Below are positions 31,611 to 43,870 of a stretch of 64,000 bases of DNA, piece by piece. Location of the stretch: the NCBI RefSeq assembly GCF_009914755.1, contig NC_060936.1, one strand, 5' to 3'. The notes beneath the pieces were generated by a model. The model searched no databases and had not been told where the DNA came from. It saw nothing but the letters and a program-made list of their open reading frames with translations. The position numbers and the translations under genes were made by a program. Source of the DNA: the human T2T-CHM13v2.0 reference genome, Homo sapiens. Position 1 is the first letter of the stretch, and each line of letters starts with the position of its first letter.

Positions 31611-33914
31611 AGCTGTGTTGTGAGGGTGCAGGATATGGAGGAGGCATTCTGGCAGGGCAAGCGGGAGCCAGGCTGTGGAGCTGGTTGGACTGCTTGTGTT
31701 CAAGTTCTTCTAAAATTGAAACTCATAAACAAGCAGCCTGTGCAATCACAGTCTTTAATTCAGTTCTTCTTTACCTAAAGATTGCTCAGGATTTTTTTTT
31801 TAGTAGAGATTGTAATTTTTAGAGTTTCTTGAGATGTGTTTCTTTTTATAGTTGCATCTTCCATAGGCTCTTTTCTCTGATTTTAAAATATTCTATCTAG
31901 AGTCTAAGAGAACACACATGTATCTATTCTCTCTTTCTTTGTTTTTGTTCAACTTGAAGCTAACACTATCTCTTCCAAGGTTTTAGTAGCTTCCATATCA
32001 CCAGTTCTTCCTTGTTGATTGAAATCACACACAGAGTAGCAAATTCACTTGTTTCCCCTCTACCCTTTGAGCATCCAGCAAGGAGATGGACATTATTTTT
32101 ATGTTACAGAGCAACTACATGAAGTTGTCTAAACTGGCCTGTTTTAACCTAATATTCCCTCAAGCCAGACCTAACCAGCTTTTGTACAAGCCTGAGAATA
32201 CCTAACAAGCTGATTATTCAATACCACCCACTTCACCGCATACATTCTTAGGTATTGTTGCACAAACTCATCTTCTGTCCCGATTTCAGAAGGAACTCCA
32301 TGAATGGAAGAATCCCTGAGGGGACAGAAGTGAAGGTTAAATCCTACACTAAATACATGAGCTCATCTTTTTAGAATCCTGCAGAGCCGAGAGTGGAATT
32401 ATGCCAACATTTCACATTGACCAGGCAAACTGTCAGCATTGTCTATTTCCTTTTTATTTTATACAGCGTAAATATCTTTAAAATAACCTACTAAAAAACT
32501 GCAGAGTGAGAAAGACCACCCTCTTCCTAGTCATGATTCAAATTTTAAGTGGGTGTACAAAATGAAGTAAAATGATTAGACACAGAGAACACATTTTAAA
32601 TATAATTTTAAAATAATTTTTCCTGTAAGTAAAAGTGTTGAGTTTGGGTGGCAACAGAATTCTTGGAGCTAAGGGACTTTCCAATTGTGGAATATGACAT
32701 ATTTTGTTATGAGCCATAGTATGGTACAGTTTTGGAAGGAAGTGAACATGATTGCTAATTAGCTTGAATTTATTTAATGCATGAAATAAATCCTCTTCGG
32801 TATTTTGATTACATATGGCGGTGTCCTACCTCCTGCAGAAATGAAATAAATACTAATTGAACTGACAGTTTTTCTTCTAATGAAGTAAGAGCTTGTTAAC
32901 TTCTCCCCCTCAAATCTGTCATCTTCTCTTTATGTAATTCTTAAGTATCCATTCTGATTCCGTGTCTCCCACATTCATCCAGCCCTTGAAAGCAAGCTTA
33001 AAAAAAGAAATGGAATTTTTCAAAGTTGTTTTGCATTCTCATTTATGTTTTTAAAGAATGTCATCAACGAATTTCTCCGGAAACACCATTAGCTGTGCCT
33101 CCGTTGGGCGGGTCATGCCATGGGAAGAGCTCAAACTTCTGAAATCAGGATACATTTTTCTCTTTTCTATTTTTTCCCCTTTTCTTTTTATTGAATGCAT
33201 TTTTTTTACATACAGAAAAATACTTACCCTAGGTGTACACTCAATGCATAATCATGAAAATCATGTACATTAGGGATTTGCCCAAGGTCACAAAGCTTGT
33301 GACAAACAGGGACTCCAGCTTCCTTATTCTTCATCCACTACTTTTTTATGCCCCATTCTACTCAAAACCCCTTTAAACTGTGTGTCTCATCCATGAAGTT
33401 ATTCTTTAGAACTGAACACAGTGGTCTAACAAAAGATACTGGGCAGAAAGTGAGGCTCACCATGACCTTAGTGGGCTCCTAAAAATGTTTGCCTTCCCTT
33501 GAGATTTACGGAATCTTTACCCCTGTGCTGTCTTACAAAATCCATACCAGGATATATTTTTTCTGAGATGTTGAGAATATCAACAGTACTGGTAGGTAAC
33601 TCACTGCTCAGTCAAGTGGCGTGATAGACAGGGGATGCTTTTTTAGTTCTAGTTTTCTGGCCCAGTAGGGGAATGGCCTTTCTCCCTCTTATTTTCAAGC
33701 TCAAGAGTCAACTGTAGCCCCAGAGCCCATCTAGACTTCTCCTTGTATGCATTCCCAAAGTACTCTTGCATTCCTGTGTCATTTTAACCCTTGAATATGC
33801 CTTGCACTGCTCTATAACAGCTTACTGTCTCATCTCCCCAACCAGATTGTCTCATCTCACTATGCGAGAAAAGAGTAAGTCTTAAATGCCATCTCAGGAA
33901 ATGGACACTTCAGA

Positions 33915-34103
33915 GAGCATTTCTCAATGTGTGGTCCTCAACATCCTACATCAGAAACATCTGGGACAGCTCAACGAAAATGCAGATTCTTAGCCCCTAC
34001 CCATGTTGCTTATAATCCAGTATTGGCTGTGGTGAAAACCATGAATAGAGTTTAATAGTGTCCACAGGTGACTCCTATGCACACTAAACTTTGAGAAACA
34101 CAG
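33915..34103. mobile_element. MER5A-like hAT MITE
   Basis: tttctcaatgtgtggtcc...aaaatgcagattct...caggtgactcctatgcacactaaactttgagaaacac. Confidence 0.8.
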
Positions 34104-34298
34104 GCTTATAGGCATGAGGCAGATACTTGATGATTGGCCTGAACAACCTCCCACTGTTTCCCCATGAATACCTTCAGCAGAGTATCTCAAGGCTCACACA
34201 GGCCAGCATGGCTAGGCCTAAGAGTAGAATTCATACATATGTTCACTTAACATACATTAATTATGAGTTTACTCTGCTCGATGTAGGTATATCATGGG

Positions 34299-34665
34299 CC
34301 ATAATGGTTTGGCAGTATCCCCACCCAAATCTCATCTTGAATAGTTCCCCATAATCGCCACATGTCATGGAAGGGAACTAGTGAGAGGTAATTTAATCAT
34401 GGGGGCAGTTACCCTCATGCTGTTCTTAGGACAGTGAGTTCTCATGAGATCTGATGGTTTTATAAGGGTCTTTTCTCCCTTTTGCTTGGCACTTCCTCTT
34501 GCTGCTGCCATGTGAAGAAGGACTTGTTTGCTTCCCCTTCTGCTATAATTGTAAGTTTCCTGAGGCCTCCCCAGCCATGCTGAACTGTGAGCCAATTAAA
34601 CCTCTTTCCTTTATAAATTACCAGTCTTGGGTATATCTTTAGCAGCATGAGAAGGGACTAATATA
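34299..34665 (+). mobile_element. THE1 solo LTR (MaLR)
   Basis: atggtttggc...ccccacccaaatctcatcttgaat...aactgtgagccaattaaacctc...actaatata. 5-bp TSD atggg (34294-34298 / 34666-34670). Confidence 0.93.
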
Positions 34666-35149
34666 ATGGGGAACTAGATATATAGACACAGTTCCCTTGT
34701 GGATCATACAGTCTAATTTTATAATGTAAGGAACCTGGAAATAGTTCCTTTCTCCATCAGCATCTTGCCTTTATTTTCCTTTTTTTATTTCTCAGATATT
34801 TTGTGAATACCTTCCATTAGCCAGATTCTTTTCTATGATGAACAAGACAGATAAGGGCCCCTTTCCTCTCGTAGGGTTTACCCTTCAGTGAGGAGAAAAG
34901 GAAAATAAACAAGTAAACCCAAAGCCCCAAGTTAATTACAGACTGTGACAATTGCACTGAAGTGAATAAACAAAGTAATGTGTGGAGAGACTGACTTCAA
35001 AGGGTGAAGGCTAGGCAAAGTTACTCATGAGGTGCCATCTGATGAGAAGTGATGGATGGAGGCCTTTGGGTCATGACTGGAACTGGGGTAGATTAGTGAG
35101 TCATCTGAGGCACACATGCCTTGGTGGAATACTACCTCTACTACTAATA

Positions 35150-35400
35150 CCACGAGCTATTGTTTATTGAGCATTTCCTGTGTACTGGACTGTGTGTTAA
35201 ACATTTTGCATACTTTATTGTATTCGATCTTTGCAGGAAACCTAGGAGATGGATGTTATTACTTCTACTTTCAGATGAGGAAACTGAGGAAGCTCAGGTC
35301 AGGTGATTTGTTCAGGGACACACAGTAAGTGGAAGAGTGGGCAATTAAATTTGGCTCTGTGTGGTGGCAAAACCTGCACTCTTTGGCACCACAAGATTTC
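35150..35400 (-). mobile_element. MIR SINE
   Basis: tttattgagcattt...cagatgaggaaactgagg. Confidence 0.8.
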
Positions 35401-35504
35401 CACCTTTGGTGATACAAGGCTGTGCTACTGACTGCAGACGAAGCATGACAAAATGCAAAGTGCACAGCCTTGCTGTGATAAGGATGGTTAATATTAAAAA
35501 GAGT

Positions 35505-35730
35505 AATAGTAATGATTTAGCCCTATCGAGCACCTACTCTATTCAAGGTTCATGCAAAGCACCTTGACATTCATTAGTTCATATAATCTTCAAAATAATC
35601 CTATGAAATACAGATGGGGAAAGTGGGGTTTAAAAAGGTTAAGCAACTGGGCCATGGCCACTCAACTGGTAAGTGGTAGGACCAGATTCACACCATGAGG
35701 TCTGGTTCCAAATCTTTGACTCCTTGCCCT
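35505..35730 (-). mobile_element. MIR SINE
   Basis: gagcacctact...acagatggggaaag...ggttaagcaactgggccatggccactcaactggtaagtgg. Confidence 0.75.
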
Positions 35731-37099
35731 TCTGCATCCCTAATAAAAGGAGTTAATGTGTGTGCAATGGTCTTAGACACAGACAAAGTAAAGCTTGAAA
35801 GAACTCATCTCCCTCATTCCCACTCTTTTTTTTCCCCCTGGCCTGGTTCCTGATTTGTGTGACCTTGTCTTCTTGACTTGTGAGATACTTGCTACAGAAT
35901 TGCTGTGCTCTCTTTCCCCATCCTGATTTATGAGGGTTGACAGTTATTGGCAAGTACCTGGGTATGTCACAGGATAATTTGCCACTTTTTTCTATCTTTA
36001 GAATGCTGTCAACCCAGCATTAAATCACCTTCAATCATTAATAAGCTGATACGGGTTATCTGTCATCATCTTTCCATAGATGGGGGTGGGGGCGGGGTGG
36101 GTTGCAGCAAGCAGGACACAGAGCAGCTAAACTGGGATGCTAAGGAGGATGTCTGGCCAGGTTCAGAGCCTGTGGCAGGCTCGGGAGCAAAGCCTTAGCA
36201 AGGACTCTGAAAAACCAGAGTGGAAATGAAGGTGGAGACTCCCAGGGATTGTGATCCCTCCAGGAAGGAAAGAGGCTCCTTGAAATGGAGGAAGGATAGA
36301 GAACCAAAGCAAACTTCACAGTTTTGCCCAGTGCAGCCTTTTCATGTTCACGTTCATGCTGAATCCACGCTGGTGCCACAGTGGTACCAGTCTATATTTT
36401 TGTATTGCTCTGTTTCTATCAGAGCAATGATGGCATCAGATGGCAGTGAATACCGGGGTTTACACCTCCATGTTGCTCTTCAACTGTGGCTGAAATCTGA
36501 GCCTTACCCTGTTTTTGGCAGATCTACTTTTGGAATGTTTGACCCGTTCTGCTTGGGCTAGTCGGCTTGGATTGGATGATATGTCAGGGGAAGACCTGGC
36601 AGCATTCCCTTCACTCTCTGGATTGATTTGGGTTGGGATTAGTGAGATATGGCCTCATTCTCTGTGATTTGGGGTTGAGCTGCACTGGGTTTGGGAGAAA
36701 AACGAGGGTTCATTCTCAATCTGCCAACCTAGATTTCCAGGTCTAGACCACCATGATCTCAATACCTGCCATGTAGTTGCGCTGTTTGAAATTCCTTTTA
36801 TTTTTAAAAACTTAAATCTGAAAAAATGGTGGGAGGTTGTATATTCAAAGAGTGGCTTTATGCCTCACCTTCATCTTGGATTTTTGTGTGAAAAAGTATT
36901 TTGGCATCAGTGTTCCATGTTCTTTTCAGGCTAGCTATATATAATAACCAGGTATCCATGCTAGACACATGAAAACTGTTAATTGTTTCACTGTTGAAAA
37001 AGGATTAGAACTGGGCTTGTGAAATGTTTTACAGAATAGCTTTATGTGGAAGAAGTTCTCAGTAAAAGCTAGAACAGTATCAGCATCATCTCTAATGTT

Positions 37100-37300
37100 T
37101 GAAGGTTGATCAGCGCAGTAAGCCAGAAGTCAGTGGATCTGGGTTCTGCTTTTTGCTTTGGCCCTAACTAGCTGTGTGACAGTGCCAGATCTCCTGGCTC
37201 TTTATGTCTTATTTCCTCAAAGTAAGGTTGGAGGGTGGAGGGTGGAGGGTGGAAGACAGGAGGCTGCAGTAGCTGAGTCCTATGCACCCTTCTAACCATG
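37100..37300 (+). mobile_element. MIR3/MIRc fragment
   Basis: gaagtcagtggatctgggttct...actagctgtgtgac. Confidence 0.55.
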
Positions 37301-40300
37301 ATTACTTTTTAATGAAAGTGAATCTAGACTTCTACAAACTGTCTTTTTGAGTCACTGTCAGAGGCAGCAACTTGACTTTGAACGCTCTTGTGTTTTCACA
37401 TTCTAACAGATAGTGTCTATCTGTATTTTAAAATCATGGTGGCAATCTTTGCCATGAATTTGGGGTTCAGCATTCTATTTCAGGCTCTGATAGTTGTGTG
37501 ATAACGGGGTAAAAAGATTTCCACTGAGTCTTTTAAATTGTAGGACATCTTCTCTTTGGGTTTTCAAATTGTAACTTTGAACATAATCTTTTCTCATTAG
37601 CAGAGGCTTTGTTGAAGCTTTAGACACAGATATCAAAAATCAGTCAGCTTTATGGACTTTTAAAAAAAAATCTTTTTGGCAAGCTTCAATGTGTTGGAAC
37701 AACCATGATACATAAAGGGACTACTTTGCCTGTTAACAGAAGTGCTAAAGACCAGGCTAACAGGTTTGCTGCTGTGCTAATACAGAATAATCTCTGATAA
37801 CTATAATTAACTTGTACGCTTCTGTCTTAGGTTGACTCACCAGAACACTCACACCCTTCAAGATTGATATTCATTCCTCTTTGAGATACGAGCAGATGCT
37901 TCCAACAACTGTCTACAGCCACGATGCCGTAGCCTTGGTTTGTACGCATTTATCCCTGGCAGGCGCGCTATCTATTTTAGGAAGGTATTTTGACACTTTA
38001 CCTCTTGGCTACAGTGTCTCCAAAAATGCACTCAGTGAACGGAACAGTCTCTCTCCTTGCAGGCGTGCAGGCGACAGTCAGCCCCAGCATGTTCTGTGGC
38101 AGAGTCAGCTGGCTCAAGACCAAAGCAGCTAATCAGCGTTGGGTCTGTTCTGGGGCTCAAGGAAGATGCCCTGCCATTCACTGACAGCTTTTCCCTGGGC
38201 TTTCTCTCCTTGCAGGCATTCTTATTCTGTGAAAGGGCTACACAGCTATGCTTGGGGATTCTAATCAAGGTGTCTTTGGATAAGGATGATCGTCTTGTGG
38301 GGCTTCAAGTTTGGACTCTTCTGACTACCCTCTAGTTTTTTCTGGTAATCCTGTAAACTGCCTGGCTTTTCAGGCAAAGCTGTTCTTCCTCTGCGTGGGT
38401 TTACGAGAGAGTTAGGGAGACTATCTGCTGCTTCCTTTTGGGGCAAAGGTGGGAATCATGATGATGAAGCATTTAGCAAATGAGGCAAATAACAAATGCC
38501 TCTTTGACATGCAAATAAATGTTCATAGAAATAAAAATTAAGGGATTTATATTGAAACATGGTCATAGTTTATTTTCTAGATCTGGGCAAGATAAATTAT
38601 ATCAGAAAAGAAAAATCTAACCCAATGAGAATACTTAGTGAAGTTTTACTAGGAAGTAGTAGTGAGGAGGTATTTCAGTGGGGCTTCTTAATGGAGTGGG
38701 CTTCAGGAATGATGTGATGGTGATATTTTCTGAACAATTTTTGGTTTGCTAGAAATCCATGTTCTCCATATTCTCAAACCCTAACCTCATAGCACATAAA
38801 CCACATTGTCAAGAGGACCTGCTGGTTGGTGCTAATGACATTTACCAAAAACACAAAGTGCCTTTAGAGGAAAAAGAAGTCTATTCTTACTGCTGTTTAT
38901 AGTAAATATTTAAAAAATTACAGAGTAGCAGCTGTCAAGTTTTCTGGCATGAAACATAGTTTTATTTGTTTTCAGACATCTTGGGAAAGTCTTAACTTGT
39001 TCTTTATTACATTTTCCTTAATTTTTTTTCTTAGGCTTACGCGTCCCCTCTAATGGATTTTTGTAAGTCAGTAATTAGAAGGGGTAAGGATTCATACATT
39101 TCTTTAACATTATCCTGCGAGAAGGAACATCTCATTACATTATGTGTCCTGAATAAGAAAAGCTATACAAATTGTTGAGAATAACATCTATGTGAGCAAT
39201 CACATTGGCAACAAACAAACAAAAAAACCAGAAACAACTATTAGATCGGGTATGTATTCTTTTGGAGTTATCAAATATAGCTGATGAGATTTGCTGTGAA
39301 TCTTCATTGGTGCCAGCAAGACTGGAGGAGAAAACACAGTTTTCCCAGATCTGGAAAATTTGGGTAATATCTCCCAAACAACCGCATAAAGGCTTCCATG
39401 CATTGACAGCTCCAAGATTCTAAGAGAGATAATCTGTTCCAAGATTTAGAAAACAGTGGTTGAAAATCAGGACATTTCCTGAGGATAAATGACCAGCTGG
39501 AAGGAATTAATTCACAGCATTAAGTTCAACCAAGTGCCATTAACCCGCCTGTTCCTTGGTATTGCTCTAGACTGGTCGTCATTTCTGCAGGACACATGTG
39601 CTGCTTTCCATCCAGGTGAACTGGAGACAGCAGAACAATTGTTCCTGGATAAGATGTCCCATAATACTATTCTTGTGAGTTTGAAAGTTTCCTTAAATGG
39701 CAAGTGCCATTAGCAGGGAAGTTTAATGCTGTTACTGGCAACTGAGGCTGGAAGGGTGGATCTAGCAGGCAGCAGAGCAGAGAACTGGCATGGTGCCTCT
39801 AGTCTGTTGGTTGTGCCAACAATCTCCAAACTCTATGCCACGTGCCTAGGGGTGTTCAACAAACCCATAATCTTGCAAATCTCAGCACTGGAACCTATCA
39901 CTGGGCAACTTTTTAAAGTTATATCAAATAAGTTTGAGAGGAGGTAAAAGGAGTGATTGAATTAAATTAGAGGAAAAGAGAAATAACTGCCTGGGAGTAT
40001 TCATAAAACTATTGTTATTACTTTTTAGGCCTTTGCAATTATACTTCAAAGTCAGGGAGCATCTTCAAAATTTCTCTATTTTCTTTTAGTCATTAATGAT
40101 ATCCTCTATTTGTTATTCTTTTACAGTACAGCATTTTTCAAAGTGAATGAATAGGAATTTTTATGAAGCAGATAAGCAGAGCAGTAAAGCAAAGAAGTCG
40201 GTGCAATTTCTAGATAGGAGAGTCTCTTGTTACTTTAATTACAATATTTGCAGTTAAATTGTTTTGATTATTAGTCTACTGCAATATACAGTATAATTTA

Positions 40301-42385
40301 CATTTTGCTTCATTTTGAGAGCTTAAACAAAGCATGTTTTAAATGATAGCAAAAATCACATTTGAACATTTTTACCTTTAGAAATTCACATTTTAGTTTT
40401 CTACTGATTAAATGGGTTCTCAAAAAAACAGTGTATCTGAGTATAAAAGGGAGTATCTGGAATACAATTACTTAAAATATTCCACTTTGCATTTATAATA
40501 CATTTCAGAATGTGGAATGAATATTTTACGCAGAATCCATTTTTGACTTGAAGATGGTTTTATATTTAAAAGTCTCTACTCAAATGTGTTCTCAAAAAGA
40601 ATTCATTCAGCTATCCCTTGTTTTCATGTTGAAGCTATTGAGAGTATTCAATGATATTCTAAGAGTAATTTTTTTTCCGGTGGTAGAAAAAAATTATTGG
40701 GGCTTTTATGTTAATGCGGTATATTTAGCTGACCTTTGATTCTCTGCATGGTCAAGTAAACAGCAACATTTTTAGGTTTTTATCAGAAAACGAAAGCATG
40801 CCACTTCTCTGCAGACTCTAAGGTATGACATTCAGATTGAAATACCATTTATTGAATTCCAAGATTATGCTACTAACTCTCCTTACATTGTCTTTGTTTT
40901 CACAGAAAATAGGTGAATGTGTGAGTAACACAGATAAAGACAGAAATGGCTTGATAATGTTTTAGGTGACATCTGTCTCCTCGTGTGGCCCATCCTGGGC
41001 CCTGCTCTTTAGTCCCATCTCCTTGTGCTCTGCAGCTGGGGATCCCGCTCTCTGAGTTCATTCTCTCCATGCTCTGTTGGTGGGAAGGTTTGTGATCCCT
41101 GCCTAGGGTAACTGAGCCGAAACCTGTCCTCTGTTGAGCAAAAGACTGAAAGCTCTAACATTTTCTGTGAACACCACAAGAAGCCTCCTGCCAACACCTG
41201 ACTGTAGCAGCCAAAAGGCGTTGCTGTTTAGCCATATCATATTCTATATAGCATGAGCTACAAATATACACAAACAAGTTTAACTTATAAATTCACAGAA
41301 AGCTGGGTCCAGAAGAAGGCTTTGAGCTCATTTAGTGCAGTGAGTTTCAGACTTTCCCCATGGTATGGGGGTTGGGGAAGGGGACAGGAAGGAAGGCTCA
41401 GCCCCTCTCAACAAGAACAGGTCAGCGTTTGTTTTATATATTGTGGTTCTGAGTAGGATTTCTTTAGGGAAAAAGCATTCTGCCATTGTTTGCCACTAAA
41501 ATATTTGAGAACCTCTGGTCCTCTCTTTTTACAGATGAGGAAATAGAACCCCAGACAGATGTTGTGTCTTTATTCAATGTTGCTTGCAAATACAGAGATT
41601 TTCCCAAGGCTTAAATTTCTGGCTTAGTATGTAATAAATGTGTTACCCTTTTCTTGAAACTTCTTGGCTGGAAAGACATGAGCAGAGCATCTGTGTGGCC
41701 TGTCTCTGTGCCGTGGTTTCACTCTTGCAAGCATACCACCTCAGCGTGTGTCAACGTGTGTGTGTGTTACACTCATGCTTGCTTGCATGAGACTGTGTGA
41801 GCCCACAAAGGCAACAAGCCTGTAGAATTTGGGGATCAAGTGGACCACCTCAGTAGCTGAGGGGCCAGTGCTCGGAATACTTCCCTGAGTTTTCCATGAT
41901 ATGGCAGCTGCTTCTTGCTGTAGGAAGCAGATCATAAATACAATCTCAAACTCCTTGGCTCCTATCACCACCAACATGGTTCTGAAACTGGTGTTGATTG
42001 GAGAACTGTGGATGGCTTGGGAGCAGCCACTAGTTTAATGAGAGTATTCTGTCCTGAGTGTTGTATGCAAGCATGTCAGATAGGGGGAAAGGGCAACAAG
42101 ACACTACCACTACTTTGCTGCCAGTGCAGCCAAGGATCCCATACCCATGGCTGCAATCTGATCAGAAATTGCTGATTTCCAACTTTGTTTCTGAAGATCA
42201 TAAAATGGGCATCTAATTTCCCTCTTGTGTACTGCAGTCTGTTCGGTTTGGTCCAGCAAACATTTCTGCAAGCCTCCTGTGTGCCAGGCACAGGCTATAA
42301 ACCACATGTGAAGAGAACACTCCTCTGAGTTAACATAGGCCGTGATGTTCATATTTCTTCCTAAAAGATTATTTTAAAACAGTTT

Positions 42386-42790
42386 TTACATTGTTGGTGG
42401 GAATGCAAAATGGTGCAGCTGCTATGGAAAACAGTATGGAGGTTCCTAATAAAATTAAAGATAAAACTACCATATAATTCAGCAGTCCCATTTTGGGGTG
42501 TTTATTCAAAAGAATCGAAAGCAGCATCTTGAAGAGAGATTAGCACTTCTATGTTCATTGCTGTACTATTCACAGTAATGATAATGTGTTCATCAACAAA
42601 TAAATGCGTAAAGAAATGTGGCCTATGCATACAATGGAACACTATCCAGCCTTAAAGAAGAAAATTCTTTAATAGTGGACATCATGAATGAGCTGTGAGG
42701 ACATTATGCTGAGTGAAATAAGCCAACAGAAGGACAAATAGTGCATGATGATTCCACTTATAGGAGGCATCTAATCATAGTCAAAGTTTT
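42386..42790 (+). mobile_element. L1MB-like 3' fragment
   Basis: ttggtgggaatgcaaaatggtgcagctgctatggaaaacagtatggaggttcc...gacattatgctgagtgaaataagcca. Confidence 0.85.
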
Positions 42791-43734
42791 AAAGTGAGGA
42801 GCTGGGGAAGCCCATCTAAGGGGCTAGCCATTTCTGGTCAGTTGTTAGCATGTAAAATCGTGGTGTTATTGTTGCCATATCTTCTGATTCAAATCAAGAA
42901 ATCCAGATTTTAAAAAATGTTTCATATCTCATTTTGTAAATGTTGGCAATGAAGTAAAAGAAAAAAATTGCAGAGCCCACATCTGTGAGCTGCATCTAGT
43001 TCACAGAAAGCCCGGTTTTCCACCAATGCTTTACAGTAACCTTTGAAAGTGACTGCAGCATTTGTGGTTGATTGTCCTGCTATGTGAAACATATTGTCTC
43101 TGAGTCCATGATGCTGGAAGGATTGAGCTGCACATATGGTTTTGTAGACATATTATGAGCAGCCAGTGAATATTAATCATTAGCAGCAGTTTTATCACCA
43201 CCATTATGCAAGTTTGGGAAAGGTACCACAGAGCAGTTAGTAGCAAACCTGCAACAGTAATCATGGGACTACTTTGGAAAGTGATGATCTAGAATTAAAT
43301 TTCACTCACACGCTTAAAAGCAATTATAAGTAGTAAGAGAGATATATGATTATACCATGGTCAAAAGTCCAGGATATTTTAAAATAGTTTTTAAGTTCCT
43401 ATAGATTGAAGAATCAAGGAACTTGCACTCCATGAAGCCCTAGTACAGTTTGATTATAAAAATATATATTTTGGCTACTCAGTTTTATAGAAAGAGTAAT
43501 GTTTATTTGCTCAATTGGTTACGGCTGCTGCAGCTATTGCTTCTCTATTATACACAATCATAAGCACTTGCTTTCTAGGTTTTATAATTGTATAATAGAG
43601 ACAAAGTTTAACAGGCTATTTCCTGAAAATAAAAAAAAATATTTTTATGAAAATGAATTGAGATGATACTTTAACAAATACCCTTAAGATTAAAATTCAC
43701 AACTTCAAAGCTGCCTTTATGCAAAGTCGAATCA

Positions 43735-43870
43735 GTATTTAGAGCCAGGAGAAATCTTAGAGATCATCTAATTTAGTCTTTCTGATGGGTAAATCAAAGC
43801 ACAGAGAGGTTAAGTGATCAATCCAGTGCCACACAGCTATACAGCACTAGAATTCAAGCCTCTAGCATTG
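43735..43870 (-). mobile_element. MIR fragment
   Basis: ttagagatcatcta...gcacagagaggttaagtgat...cacacagcta. Confidence 0.6.

Noticed and set aside
37228-37252. G-quadruplex at (GGAGGGT)3
   Set aside because: Only three G3 runs, inside a MIR; weak candidate.
37838-37971. Coding exon on the - strand ending at ctg|gtgagt
   Set aside because: All three frames contain stops and the acceptor is weak.
42830-43030. Possible hAT (MER102-like) fragment
   Set aside because: Similarity is too degraded to assign by eye.
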